A DNA stretch of 64,000 nt from an uncultured Actinomycetes bacterium (GTDB lineage Bacteria; Actinomycetota; Thermoleophilia; Gaiellales; F1-60-MAGs149). The stretch covers positions 226,161-290,160 of the forward strand of contig CAVTAC010000007.1 in NCBI GenBank assembly GCA_963732645.1, written 5' to 3'. The notes under the pieces were generated by a model. That model was not told the DNA's origin. It saw only the letters and a program-made list of their open reading frames with translations, and made no database searches. Positions within the stretch are counted from its first letter, which is position 1. Each line of letters begins with the position of its first letter. Position numbers and translations under genes: made by a program. This document shows positions 1 to 9,842 of this stretch, in pieces.

Positions 1-728
1 GCGGCGTTCTGCGCCATCACGTGCTGCGTGTGCTCGTAGGCGCCGGCCTCGGAGCGGTCGATCTGCTCCCAGAAGGCGGCCTTGCCGATCGCCAGCGTGT
101 ACGCCGACGACGAGGCCACGCGGGCGGCCAGCTCGTCGACCGCGGCGTCCAGCTCGGCGGCCGGCACGACGTGGTTGATGAGACCCCAGTCGGCGGCCGT
201 CGGCGCGTCGATGGGCGTGCCGGTGAGCAGCATCTCCATGGCCCGCTTGCGGCCCACGGCGCGCGAGACGGCGACCATCGGCGTCGAGCAGAACAGGCCG
301 ATCTTGACGCCGGGCGTGGCGAACGTGGCCTCCTCCGCGGCGATCGCGAGGTCGCACGTCGCGACCAGCTGGCAGCCGGCGGCGGTGGCGATGCCGTGCA
401 CGCGCGCGATCACCGGCTGCGGGACGGCGTGGATGGTCTGCATCAGCTGCGTGCAGACGGAGAACAGCTCGTCGTAGAACGCCGGCTCGCGGCCGCGCAT
501 CTCGGACAGGTCGTGGCCGGCCGAGAAGGCCGGGCCGTTGCCGGCCAGCACGATGACGCGGCACTCGGGGTCGGCGGACAGCTCGCGCAGGCCGGCGATG
601 GCCTCCTGCATGAGGGCCAGGCTGAGGGCGTTGCGGCGGGTGGGCCGGTTCAGCGTCAGGCGGCCGGTCGCGCCGTCGCGGGCGACCGTGATGTGCTCGT
701 AGTCCGTGCGGGTCTGGGCGGCGCTCAT
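1..728 (-). CDS. enoyl-CoA hydratase/isomerase (crotonase) family protein; C-terminus runs off the left window edge
   Basis: Own reverse-strand translation from ATG (complement of 726-728): [29 protein letters not shown]...[18 protein letters not shown]...[20 protein letters not shown]. Crotonase-fold pattern. Absent from the ORF track because it is open at the edge. Confidence 0.8.
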   Translation of the reverse strand, partial: MSAAQTRTDYEHITVARDGATGRLTLNRPTRRNALSLALMQEAIAGLRELSADPECRVIVLAGNGPAFSAGHDLSEMRGREPAFYDELFSVCTQLMQTIHAVPQPVIARVHGIATAAGCQLVATCDLAIAAEEATFATPGVKIGLFCSTPMVAVSRAVGRKRAMEMLLTGTPIDAPTAADWGLINHVVPAAELDAAVDELAARVASSSAYTLAIGKAAFWEQIDRSEAGAYEHTQHVMAQNA

Positions 729-748
729 GGCCGAAGTGTACGACGCTG

Positions 749-2977
749 GTGCGGGCGGGTACCATGAGGTCAGGCATGCCCGCAACCCTTCCCGACGCCG
801 CCGAACGCCATCGCGAGCTCCTGGAGGAGCTCGTCGACGACCTGTTCGCGTACATGCCCGACGCCGAGACGACGCTCGTGGCCGACGCGTTCGCGTTCGC
901 CTGCGAGCACCACGACGGGCAGCTGCGCAAGAGCGGCGAGGAGTACATCCTGCACCCGTGGGGCGTCGCCAAGGTCTGCGCGCGCCTGCAGCAGCCGCCG
1001 GCGGTGCTGGCGGCGGCGCTCCTGCACGACGTGGTCGAGGACACCGACGCCACCTCCGATGAGATCGCGCAGCGGTTCGGCGAGGACGTGCGGCTGCTGG
1101 TCGACGGCGTCACCAAGCTGTCGCGCATCCAGTTCGCGTCGCGCGAGGAGGCGGAGGCCGAGAACTACCGCAAGATGATCCTCTCGATGTCGCAGGACAT
1201 CCGGGTCGTCGTGATCAAGCTGGCCGACCGCCTGCACAACATGCGGACGCTCTCCTACCTGGGCAAGCAGAAGCAGATCCAGAAGGCGAAGGAGACCCTC
1301 GAGGTCTACGCGCCGATCGCGCACCGGCTGGGCATCCACTCCATCAAGTGGGAGCTCGAGGATCTCGCGTTCGTGACGCTCTACCCGCGCAAGTACGCCG
1401 AGATCGAGAAGATGGTCAACGAGCGCCGGGCCGACCGCGAGCAGTTCGTCGCCGAGGCGGGCCGCGAGCTGCTGACCGAGCTCGACCGCGTCGGCGTGCA
1501 CGCGCAGATGGCCGGCCGCGCGAAGCACTTCTACTCGATCTTCGAGAAGATGACGCGGCGCGGCAAGGAGTTCAACGAGATCTACGACCTGACCGCGATG
1601 CGCGTCCGGGTCGAGTCCGACAAGGACTGCTACGGCGCGATCGGCGTCATCCACGCGCTGTGGAAGCCGATGCCGGGGCGGTTCAAGGACTACATCGCGA
1701 TGCCGAAGACGAACGGCTACCAGTCGCTGCACACGACGGTGATCGGACCGCAGGGCAAGCCGCTCGAGATCCAGGTGCGCACGCACCGCATGCACCAGAC
1801 GGCCGAGTTCGGCGTCGCGGCGCACTGGCTGTACAAGGACGGCAAGCCGCCGTCGCCGCAGCGCTGGCTGCACGAGGTGGTGGAGGGGGCCGACGACGCC
1901 GATCCGCAGGTGTTCATGGACGCGCTGCGCACCGGCCTGTTCGACGAGGAGGTGTACGTCTTCACGCCGAAGGGCGAGCTGAAGGCGCTCGCCTCGGGCG
2001 CGACGCCGCTCGACTTCGCGTACGCCGTCCACACCGACGTCGGCCACCGCTGCGTGGGCGCGAAGGTGAACGGCCGCATCGTGCCGCTCTCCTACACGCT
2101 GCTGTCGGGCGACATCGTCGAGGTGCTCACCTCGAAGTCCGACCGCGGCCCGTCGCGCGACTGGCTGAAGGTCGTGCGGACCACCCGCGCGCGCAACAAG
2201 ATCCGCGCCTGGTTCGCGAAGGAGCAGCGCGAGGACACCGAGCAGAAGGGCCGCGACTCGCTGCACCAGGCGCTCAAGTCGAACGGGCTGCCGCACCAGA
2301 AGATCGGCTCCTCGCCGCTGCTGGCCGCGCTGATCCGCGAGATGGGCTTCAAGAAGGCCGAGGACTTCTACGTCGCCATCGGCAGCAACAAGGTGCCGGT
2401 CGGGCAGGTCGTGACGAAGATCCTGCAGCGCCTGAAGACGCAGGAGGCGGTGCCCGAGTCGACCGCCGACCAGCTGATCCGCCGGCGCGGCCGCTCGCAG
2501 GCCGTCGAGGGCTCCAACTTCGGCATCGTGGTCGACGGCGTCGCCGACGACGCCTCCGTGCTGGTGCGCATGGCGCGCTGCTGCACGCCGGTGCCGGGCG
2601 ACGAGATCACCGGCTACATCTCGGTCGGCCGCGGCATCACCATCCACCGCACCGACTGCCCCAACGCACGCGCCCTGATGCGCAACCCCGAGCGCTTCAC
2701 GCCGGTGGAGTGGGACGGCGAGGCGCAGCAGTCGTTCCGCGTCACCGTCGCCGTCGACTCGTGGGATCGCACGCGCCTGCTGGAGGACGTGGGGCGGACG
2801 TTCGCCGAGAACGGCACCAACGTGGTCGAGTACGGCGGCCACGTGCAGGAGGGCATGGCGCGCAACTGGTACGTCATCGAGATCACCGACGTGCGCACGC
2901 TGCGCGCGGTGCTGTCGGGCCTGCGCCAGATCGAGTCGGTCTTCGACGCCTACCGGGTCACGCCCACCGCGCGCTGA
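749..2977 (+). CDS. relA: bifunctional (p)ppGpp synthetase/hydrolase, RelA/SpoT family
   Basis: 742-aa intact ORF with HD hydrolase motif (LLHDVVEDT), RelA/SpoT synthetase region ([11 protein letters not shown]...LEIQVRT), and TGS and ACT-like C-terminal parts. The true start may be the ATG at 776. Confidence 0.95.
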   Translation: MRAGTMRSGMPATLPDAAERHRELLEELVDDLFAYMPDAETTLVADAFAFACEHHDGQLRKSGEEYILHPWGVAKVCARLQQPPAVLAAALLHDVVEDTDATSDEIAQRFGEDVRLLVDGVTKLSRIQFASREEAEAENYRKMILSMSQDIRVVVIKLADRLHNMRTLSYLGKQKQIQKAKETLEVYAPIAHRLGIHSIKWELEDLAFVTLYPRKYAEIEKMVNERRADREQFVAEAGRELLTELDRVGVHAQMAGRAKHFYSIFEKMTRRGKEFNEIYDLTAMRVRVESDKDCYGAIGVIHALWKPMPGRFKDYIAMPKTNGYQSLHTTVIGPQGKPLEIQVRTHRMHQTAEFGVAAHWLYKDGKPPSPQRWLHEVVEGADDADPQVFMDALRTGLFDEEVYVFTPKGELKALASGATPLDFAYAVHTDVGHRCVGAKVNGRIVPLSYTLLSGDIVEVLTSKSDRGPSRDWLKVVRTTRARNKIRAWFAKEQREDTEQKGRDSLHQALKSNGLPHQKIGSSPLLAALIREMGFKKAEDFYVAIGSNKVPVGQVVTKILQRLKTQEAVPESTADQLIRRRGRSQAVEGSNFGIVVDGVADDASVLVRMARCCTPVPGDEITGYISVGRGITIHRTDCPNARALMRNPERFTPVEWDGEAQQSFRVTVAVDSWDRTRLLEDVGRTFAENGTNVVEYGGHVQEGMARNWYVIEITDVRTLRAVLSGLRQIESVFDAYRVTPTAR

Positions 2978-3018
2978 TGCGGGCAGCCGTTCGCCGGTCC
3001 GTGAGCTAGGCTCTTTCC

Positions 3019-3498
3019 ATGGACTTGATGGAAGGTGAAGCCCTCATCTGGCAGGGCCGGCCGTCGTGGCGCGCGATGATGTCGTACTGGAGCTCGATCA
3101 TCCTGCTGGCGATCGTCGTGATCGTCGTCGGCGTGCTGATCGACCAGACCACGTGGTTCGGGCTCGCCGCGGCGATCATCCTGGCCATCGGCCTGGCCAA
3201 GGGCTGGCTGGAGCGGGTCGGGACGCTCTACACCGTCACCGACCGGCGGATCGTCATCCGGCACGGCATCCTGTCCCGCAAGGAACGCGCCGCGCACATC
3301 GATCGCGTCCAGAACGTGAACCTCTCCCAGTCGTTCCTCGACCGGGTGTTCGGCGTCGGCACGCTCGACTTCGACACGGCCGGCACCGAGGACTCCGACT
3401 TCAAGTTCCGCGGCATCGACGACCCGCACGAGCTCCGCACGCGCATCGACACCGAGTACGTCCGGCGCACGCGCGAGATGCCGTCGGGCATGAGCTGA
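3019..3498 (+). CDS. bacterial PH-domain (bPH_2, YdbS/YdbT-like) membrane protein
   Basis: 159-aa ORF: EALIWQGRPSW, two hydrophobic helices, then YTVTDRRIVIRHGILSRKERAAHIDRVQNVNLSQSFLDRVFGVGTLDF, typical of this family. Confidence 0.6.
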   Translation: MDLMEGEALIWQGRPSWRAMMSYWSSIILLAIVVIVVGVLIDQTTWFGLAAAIILAIGLAKGWLERVGTLYTVTDRRIVIRHGILSRKERAAHIDRVQNVNLSQSFLDRVFGVGTLDFDTAGTEDSDFKFRGIDDPHELRTRIDTEYVRRTREMPSGMS

Positions 3499-3513
3499 GG
3501 TCGAGCTAGAGCC

Positions 3514-4321
3514 TCAGGGGTTCCACGCCTCGCCGCCGGTGTCCCACCCGACGAGGCAGAACGGCGACAGCAGCTTCGCGATGCGGTCGAACGCGTCGCG
3601 GTCGTCCTCTTCGAGCGGCGTGCCGAGCACGATCTCGGCGATGCTGGAGTCGTCGTAGGTGATCGGCACGACGGCCTGCGGCTCGGCGTAGGCGCCGCCC
3701 GGACGGGCCATCGAGCATGCCGCCGTCCTCGACGAAGCGGATGCCGCAGAAGGTCTCGAACCGCTTCGCGATGGTGGCGACCGACTGGCGCAGGATCTCG
3801 TCCGCCTCGGACTCGCGGTGGATGATGCGCTCCACGGCCTCGACCGCGCCGGAGCGCCGGCCGGCCGGGCCCTCCTCGGGCACCGCGGCGGTGGAGCGTC
3901 CCTCGAGCAGGTCGACGGCGTTGCGGTACGTCTCGGGCACGGTCACCGGGCGGCGGTTCGCCACGTCGATCAGCACGACCACCTGCTCGGCGCTGCAGAG
4001 CTCCTCGCCGTGGTCGTCGCAGGCCGAGAACTGGAAGACGACGCTGGAGGTGCCGATGCGCTCGACGCGCACGAACACCTCGAGCAGGTCGTCGAACCGC
4101 GCCGGAGCGTGGTACTCGACCCGGTTCGCGCGCATCACGAACTCGCGGTCGGCGGGGGACGTGTGCAGCAGGCTCAGGTGCCGCAGGTACTCGACCCGGG
4201 CGCGGTCGAAGTACGGCATGTAGCGGCCGTAGTAGACGACGCCCTGCGCGTCGGTCTCGTCGAACCCGACCCGCACGGTGTGCGAGAAGCGGAACGGCGG
4301 CTTGCGGTCGGTCACACTCAC
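3514..4321 (-). pseudogene. acyl-CoA thioesterase (4HBT/YbgC hotdog fold) with a GAF-like C-terminal extension; one frame break as assembled
   Basis: VSVTDRKPPFRFSHTVRVGFDETDAQGVVYYGRYMPYFDRARVEYL... lies in the frame of ORF 3506..4738. The C-terminal part (AYAEPQAVVPITYDDSSIAEIVLG...LLSPFCLVGWD) is in ORF 3514..3711, with a break near 3710. The GTG start overlaps the PMM stop (GTGA). Confidence 0.6.
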
Positions 4322-5666
4322 GCGTTGATGACCGCCAGCACCTCGTCGCGCCGGCGCACCATGTCGGCCTCGGTGTAGGCCTCGAGGTTCAGGCGCAGCA
4401 GCGGCTCGGTGTTGGAGGGCCGCACGTTGAAGTGCCAGTCGGGGAAGTCGATCGACACGCCGTCGAGGTGCGAGCACCTCGGCGCCGGCGCCGAACCGGT
4501 CCTTCAGCTCCTGCAGCTTCAGCGCGACGTCGCGCACCGGCGTGTTGATCTCGCCGGAGATGTGGTACTTCTCGCGCAGCGGACGGATCAGCTTCGCCAG
4601 CGAGCCGCCCTTGCGCGAGACCAGCTCGAGCAGCACCAGGGCGGGCACGATGCCGGTGTCGACGCTGTAGAAGTCGCGGAAGTAGTAGTGGCCCGAGACC
4701 TCGCCGGCGAACTGGGCGTCCTCCTCGCGCATGCGCACCTTGATGAAGGCGTGGCCGACGCGCGACCGCGACGGCCCGGCCGCCGCAGCGCTCGATCGTG
4801 TCGGGCACCGCGCGCGAGGCGCGCAGGTCGTAGAGGATGGTCGCGCCCGGGTGCTTCTCCAGCGCGGCCTCGGCCAGCAGTGCCGTCATGAAGTCGCCGG
4901 GCACGAACTCGCCCTCGTCGTCGACGAAGAAGCAGCGGTCGGCGTCGCCGTCCCAGGCGATGCCGAGGTCGGCGCCCTCCTCGCGCACCTTGCCGACGAT
5001 GAACGCGCGGTTCTCCTCCAGCAGCGGGTTCGGCAGGTGGTGCGGGAAGGTGCCGTCGGGCTCCATGTAGCACGGGATGGCCTGGATCGGCAGCCGCGGC
5101 AGCACCTGCGACAGCATCGTCCCGGCCATGCCGTTGGCGCCGTCCAGCACGACCTTCAGCGGCGCGATCGCGCCCACGTCGACGATGCTCAGCACCTTCT
5201 CGGTGAAGCCCTCGAGCACCGGGAACGTGCCGCGCTTGCCCGGTGCGGCCGGCGTCTTGAAGTCGCCCGCGAGCGCGATGGTGCGCATCTTGTCGAGGCC
5301 GGTGTCGCCGCCGACGGGCAGCACGCCGCGGCGCACGATCTTCATGCCGTTGTACTCGGCCGGGTTGTGCGACGCCGTGACGGCGATGCCGCCCTCGTAG
5401 CCGTGCTCGCCGACGGCGTAGTACATCATCTCGGTGCCGGCGAGGCCGATGTCGTCGACGTCGCAGCCGGCGTCGAGGGCGCCGCGGATGGCGGCCTCCG
5501 ACAGCTCGGGCGACGACAGCCGCATGTCGTGGCCGACGGCGATGCGCTTGGGGGAGAAGTGGTCGACGTACGCGCGGGCGATGCGGTACGCGCCGTCCGC
5601 ATCGAGCTCGTCCGGCACCACGCCACGGACGTCGTACGCCTTGAAGACCTTCGGGTCGAGCGTCAC
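4318..5666 (-). pseudogene. phosphomannomutase/phosphoglucomutase; two frame breaks as assembled
   Basis: N-terminus MTLDPKVFKAYDVRGVV, active-site loop TASHNPAEYNGMK and Mg loop WDGDADR are in ORF 4389..5666. The middle (GHAFIKVRMREEDAQFAGEVSGHYYF) and C-terminus (DGVSIDFPDWHFNVRPSNTEPLLRLNLE...VINA*) are in the other two frames. Breaks are near 4785 and 4468. Confidence 0.9.
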
Positions 5667-5675
5667 GGGTGCAGG

Positions 5676-6164
5676 CTACACGCTGCCCCAGGCGTCCCGC
5701 AGCAGCTGCCACGTGTCGTCCAGGTGCTGCGCCATCACCCGCACGTCGGCGAGCACGGGCATGAAGTTGACGTCGCCGTTCCAGCGCGGCACGACGTGCA
5801 GGTGCAGGTGGCCCTCCACGCCCGCGCCGGCGGGCCGGCCGAGGTTGAGGCCGGCGTTGGCGCCGTGCGGCTTGAGCGTCACGTCGAGCATCTCGAGCGA
5901 CTGCGCGAGCAGCTCCCACAGCTCGGCGCGCTCCTCGGCGTCCAGGTCGCCGGGCTTCGCCAGGTGCCGGTACGGCGCGACCATCAGGTGCCCGTTGGTG
6001 TACGGGTAGAGGTTCAGCATCACGAAGCAGCGGGCGCCGCGGTGCACGACGAGCGCCTCGTGGTCGTCGGCGCCCTGCTTGGCGCAGAACACGCACTCGA
6101 TCTCGTTCTCGCCCGAGGCGGACTTCACGTACTGCAGTCGCCACGGGGCCCAGAGCCGCTCCAT
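5676..6164 (-). CDS. HIT family protein (Ap4A phosphorylase/GalT-like branch)
   Basis: 162-aa intact ORF with histidine triad HLHLHVVPRW, and CVFC near the N-terminus. Confidence 0.8.
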   Translation of the reverse strand: MERLWAPWRLQYVKSASGENEIECVFCAKQGADDHEALVVHRGARCFVMLNLYPYTNGHLMVAPYRHLAKPGDLDAEERAELWELLAQSLEMLDVTLKPHGANAGLNLGRPAGAGVEGHLHLHVVPRWNGDVNFMPVLADVRVMAQHLDDTWQLLRDAWGSV

Positions 6165-6269
6165 GGGGCGTTAGCGTAGCGTCAGGAGGGTGGGTCGGCC
6201 TTGCGCCCGCCGGCCGCCGCTGCCCTGTGGGATGCCCGTCACCCACGCGCGGCGCGGTAGCGTACGGCG

Positions 6270-6866
6270 GTGGCGGACTTCCCGGACATCGAGGCGCTCG
6301 CGGCGGCGATTGCCGGGCGACCGCCGGACTCGCTGGTCGGCGTCCGCGCCGCCGTGATGCTCTGCCTGCGCGACCGGGGGCGGGGCACCGAGGTCGTCAT
6401 CGGGCGGCGGCAGGAGCGCTCCGACGATCCGTGGTCCGGCCAGATGAGCCTGCCCGGCGGCCGCCTCGACCACCCGGACGAGCCGGCGTTGGCGGCGGCC
6501 GTCCGCGAGACCATCGAGGAGGTCGGCTTCGACCCGCTCGCGCACGGCGACCTGCTCGGGCCGCTCGAGACCGTGCACGGCGGGGCGCGCCAGGTGTTCG
6601 TCGCGACGTTCGCGGTCGAGATCACGTCCGACGTCGGGCCTGCATCGTCGGTCGAGCTGCCATCGACGTGGTGGATGCCGTTCGCCGAGTGCGAGGAGCG
6701 ATCGGTCCACGTGCCCGAGGTGCCGTATCGGGTGCCGGCGTTCGTGGGCACGGGGCCGGACGGTCGCGAGTCGGTCGTCTGGGGCATGACCTACAAGGTG
6801 CTCACCAGCGCGCGCGAGCTCGTGCGAGCGCGTGAGAGTAACTCTCAAGTCTCGAGCGAGAGTTAA
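6270..6866 (+). CDS. NUDIX hydrolase (CoA pyrophosphatase-like)
   Basis: Nudix box LPGGRLDHPDEPALAAAVRETIEEVGF in an intact 198-aa ORF. The stop overlaps the stop of the convergent gene at a TTAA. Confidence 0.75.
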   Translation: MADFPDIEALAAAIAGRPPDSLVGVRAAVMLCLRDRGRGTEVVIGRRQERSDDPWSGQMSLPGGRLDHPDEPALAAAVRETIEEVGFDPLAHGDLLGPLETVHGGARQVFVATFAVEITSDVGPASSVELPSTWWMPFAECEERSVHVPEVPYRVPAFVGTGPDGRESVVWGMTYKVLTSARELVRARESNSQVSSES

Positions 6867-7505
6867 GATTTTCTCGCGGCGGCCGTCAGAGCCGCCCGCA
6901 GCGCCGCCGCACCGTCCGTCAGCACCGGCGTGCCGTGTGCGACGAGCACCAGCTCCGCGTCGTAGCGTCGCCAGCGGCGCCAGCGCGGCCGTCGCCGAGC
7001 CCGCGAACCACGCGGTCTGCTCCGGCGTGTCCTCGTGCCACGATGCGGGTGCGACCAGCAGCCCGCCGGGCGGGGCGGTGCCCATCGTGTCCGAGCCGAT
7101 CACCATGTCGCCGATCACGAGCGCCCGATGCTCGGCGAGGTACAGGGCGATCTCGTCGCGCGGGTCGCCGAACCGGATCTCCGTCACGCCGTCCGGCAGA
7201 GCGTCCGTGGTGTCGTAGCGATCGTGCAGGGCGGCGCAGGAGCGGTCGTGCCAGACGATCGTCCGCAGGATCGAGACCGGCAGGCCGCGCCGCTGCACGT
7301 CGCGGTCGAGCGCGTCGTAGAACCGCGCCGCCTCGGCCTCGTCCGAGGGTACGAGCGGGTCGATCAGCACCGTCGCGGACGGCGCCTCGTAGTAGACGCA
7401 GCCGACCTGCTCCGGCCAGGCGGCCGATCCCTCGCCGCCGGGCTCCCAGTCGGGGTGCGGCGCCGTCCAGCGCCAGAGCCCGTCGCGTAGCCGCTGCACC
7501 TCCAT
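6863..7505 (-). pseudogene. MBL-fold metallo-hydrolase-like protein; one frame break as assembled
   Basis: MEVQRLRDGLWRWTAPHPDWEPGG...VYYEAPSATVLIDPLVP...ILRTIVWHDRS is in ORF 6171..7505. The C-terminus (YDAELVLVAHGTPVLTDGAAALRAAL...*) is reached only after a shift near 6955. Family call is from pattern memory only. Confidence 0.5.
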
Positions 7506-7556
7506 GCCGGGAGGCTATCCGCGGTGCCCGCCGGACGCGCGAGTCGTGCCGCAACA

Positions 7557-7803
7557 GCCAAAGCCCGCACGAAACACGCCGGCCGGTGGCCGTTTTCGCA
7601 CCGCGTGCGATTCCGGCCATCTGCAGCCGCGCTCCCCGTCGCCGCAGCGCGGGCAACCCCAGGTGCACGCAGGGCCCTGGCGCCTGGTCGCCGGTTCCAC
7701 GGAACACGCACCGAACACGCACCAGGTGTGACGCGATCGACCAAAGTGCGCGCGGAACAGGTAGTCCGGTGGCCGTTTTCGCACCGCGTGCGAAAACGGA
7801 CAT
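7557..7803. repeat. two 64-nt imperfect direct repeats (7557-7620 and 7740-7803) sharing an identical 28-nt core, plus a tandem 11-mer
   Basis: Core CCGGTGGCCGTTTTCGCACCGCGTGCGA is at 7582-7609 and 7765-7792. Copy B holds a perfect 12-bp inverted repeat with a 3-nt spacer (CCGTTTTCGCAC-CGC-GTGCGAAAACGG, 7772-7798). GAACACGCACC occurs twice in tandem at 7701-7722. The region lies between the moeA stop and the MBL-like gene start. Confidence 0.85.
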
Positions 7804-7833
7804 CGGCCACGCGTCCGCCGCGGATCGACCGCC

Positions 7834-9009
7834 TCAGGCTTCGAGCCGGTGCGGCGTCACCGCGACGGCCGTGCCGGCCGGCACCCGGCCGTCGTCGCTG
7901 CGCACGCAGACGAAGCCGTGGGAGGCCGACAGGCTCGAGAGCGCGCTCGCCCGGCGGCCGAGCGGCGTCGCGACCAGCACGCCGTCCACGGCGGCGAGCG
8001 AGACCGGCACGACCGTGTCGACGCCGGGGCGCGAGACGATGTCGCGGCCCAGGCGCGCCGGCAGCAGCGCGGCCGCGGGCGCGCGGCCGGCCAGCATCGC
8101 CAGCAACGGCTCGGCGAACAGGGCGTAGGCGACCGCCGCCGAGACGGGATAGCCGGGAACCAGGACGACGGGCACGGCGCCGATGCGGCCGAGCCGCGTC
8201 GGGTGCGCCGGGCGCACGCGGACGCCCTGCACGCAGACGTCGCCCAGCTGCGAGATGATCGTCGGCGTCCGGTCGCGGCGGCCGCGCGACGACCCGGCGA
8301 TCACCAGCACCAGGTCGGCGTCGGCGGCGCAGCGCAGCAGCGCGCGCGTGAGCAGTTCCGGGTCGTCCGTACACGGCGGATGCCGCTCCACGTCGGCGCC
8401 CGCGACGGTGGCCAGCGCGGCCAGCATCGGCCCGTTCGCGTCGGCCGTCTCACCGGGCGCGAGCGTGGCGCCGGCGGGGCGGATCTCGTCGCCCGTGGCC
8501 AGCACCGCGACGCGGGCGCGGCGGCGGACCGCGAGCGTGGCGTGGCCCGCGCCGGCCGCGACGCCGATCGCGTACGCGTCGAGCACCGCGCCTGCGCGGA
8601 GCACGACCGCGCCCTCCGCGATGTCCTCCGCCGCGGGCCGCACGTGGTCGCCGGCGGTGACCCGGCCGGTGATCGCGAGCCCATCGCCCGCCACCGCCGC
8701 CACCTCGACGGGGACGACCGCGTCGAAGGCCGCGGGTACCGGCTCGCCGGTGTCGATGGGCACGAACGCCCCGGCGGGCAGCGGCGCGTCACCGACCTCG
8801 GCGGCGCGGACGGCGAACCCGTCCATCGCGGCGCAGCGCGTGTTCGGCACGTCGTGCAGCGACTGCAGGTTGAACTGCAGCACGCGGCCGAGCGCCTCGT
8901 GCACCGGCACCTCCTCGACATCGAGCGGCGCCTCGAACCCGGCCTCGGCGAGCGAGGACAGCCAGAGGTCGAGCGCCTCGGCCGGTCTCGGGTACTCGGC
9001 CTCGCTCAC
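7834..9009 (-). CDS. moeA: molybdopterin molybdenumtransferase MoeA
   Basis: Intact frame in ORF 7834..9144, with AMDGFAV, PIDTGEP and GDEI...ANGPML motifs. A GTG at 9009 overlaps the fdhD stop (GTGA), so the start is placed there. Confidence 0.88.
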   Translation of the reverse strand: MSEAEYPRPAEALDLWLSSLAEAGFEAPLDVEEVPVHEALGRVLQFNLQSLHDVPNTRCAAMDGFAVRAAEVGDAPLPAGAFVPIDTGEPVPAAFDAVVPVEVAAVAGDGLAITGRVTAGDHVRPAAEDIAEGAVVLRAGAVLDAYAIGVAAGAGHATLAVRRRARVAVLATGDEIRPAGATLAPGETADANGPMLAALATVAGADVERHPPCTDDPELLTRALLRCAADADLVLVIAGSSRGRRDRTPTIISQLGDVCVQGVRVRPAHPTRLGRIGAVPVVLVPGYPVSAAVAYALFAEPLLAMLAGRAPAAALLPARLGRDIVSRPGVDTVVPVSLAAVDGVLVATPLGRRASALSSLSASHGFVCVRSDDGRVPAGTAVAVTPHRLEA

Positions 9010-9842
9010 GCCGGGGCGCCGACGAGCACGCGCTCCGGGTGCGCGTAGACGTTCAGGCGGTCGTCGCGGAGGAACCCGACCAGCGTCACGCCGAGGCGCG
9101 TCGCGGCCTCGACCGCGAGGCTGGAGGGCGCGGAGATCGCGCACAGGACGGGCACACCGGCCGCCGCCGCCTTCTGCACGAGCTCGAAGCTGGCGCGGCC
9201 CGACACGAGCACGATCCGCTCGGACAGCGGCACCTTCTCCTCCAGCAGCTGCTTGCCGATCAGCTTGTCGAGCGCGTTGTGGCGGCCCACGTCCTCCCGC
9301 AGGTCGATCAGCGTCCCCTCGCGGTCGAACAGGCCCGCGGCGTGCAGCCCGCCCGTGCGGTCGAACACGCGCTGCCGGTCGCGGAGGGTGTCGGGCAGCG
9401 CGCCGAGCAGCGACGACGGCACGTCGAAGCCCTCGGGAATCGGCGCGCAGGTGATCTCGATCTGGTCGATCGACGCCTTGCCGCAGACGCCGCAGCTGGA
9501 CGTGGCGTAGAAGTTGCGCTGCAGGCCGCCGTCGTCGAACGGGCGGCGCAGGTTGACCGTGACGACGTTGTACTGCTGCTCGGGCGTCTCGACGTCGTCG
9601 CAGTACTTGATCGTCTGGATGTCGCCGGCGCCGATCAGCCCCTCGCCGTGCAGGAAGCCTGCGGCGAGCGCGAAGTCGTCGCCCGGCGTGCGCATCGTGA
9701 CCGCCACGCGGACGGCCTTCTGGCCGGGGCCGCCGCAGCGGATCTCGAGCGGCTCCTCCACGGCCAGGCTGTCGGTGCGGCGCGCACCGGCGTCGCCCTC
9801 CACGGCCAGCAGCCGCACCTTCGCCGTGGACGAGCGGTTCAT
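9006..9842 (-). CDS. fdhD: formate dehydrogenase accessory sulfurtransferase FdhD
   Basis: MNRSSTAKV...TSSCGVCGKASID...GGLHAAGLF...DVGRHNALDKLIG...VSGRASFELVQKAA. The ATG overlaps the upstream gene stop (ATGA). Confidence 0.9.
   Translation of the reverse strand: MNRSSTAKVRLLAVEGDAGARRTDSLAVEEPLEIRCGGPGQKAVRVAVTMRTPGDDFALAAGFLHGEGLIGAGDIQTIKYCDDVETPEQQYNVVTVNLRRPFDDGGLQRNFYATSSCGVCGKASIDQIEITCAPIPEGFDVPSSLLGALPDTLRDRQRVFDRTGGLHAAGLFDREGTLIDLREDVGRHNALDKLIGKQLLEEKVPLSERIVLVSGRASFELVQKAAAAGVPVLCAISAPSSLAVEAATRLGVTLVGFLRDDRLNVYAHPERVLVGAPA

Noticed and set aside
770-2842. Very long ORFs antisense to, or out of frame with, recognisable genes. Examples: 770..2842(-) opposite relA, 4588..6246(-), 25041..27023(-), 28407..31562(+), 42436..44826(-) opposite aspS, 50597..52366(-).
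   Set aside because: Their translations are Arg/Ala/Gly/Pro-rich with no motifs, and they overlap frames carrying clear family signatures. Stop codons are rare in all frames of such GC-rich DNA, so these are compositional artefacts.
7557-7803. Possible CRISPR array or MITE at the 7.6-kb repeats (and at 44.6-44.9 kb).
   Set aside because: There are only two or three copies, with no regular repeat-spacer periodicity, no cas genes, and direct rather than terminal-inverted arrangement without target-site duplications. No CRISPR-like array is visible anywhere in the window.
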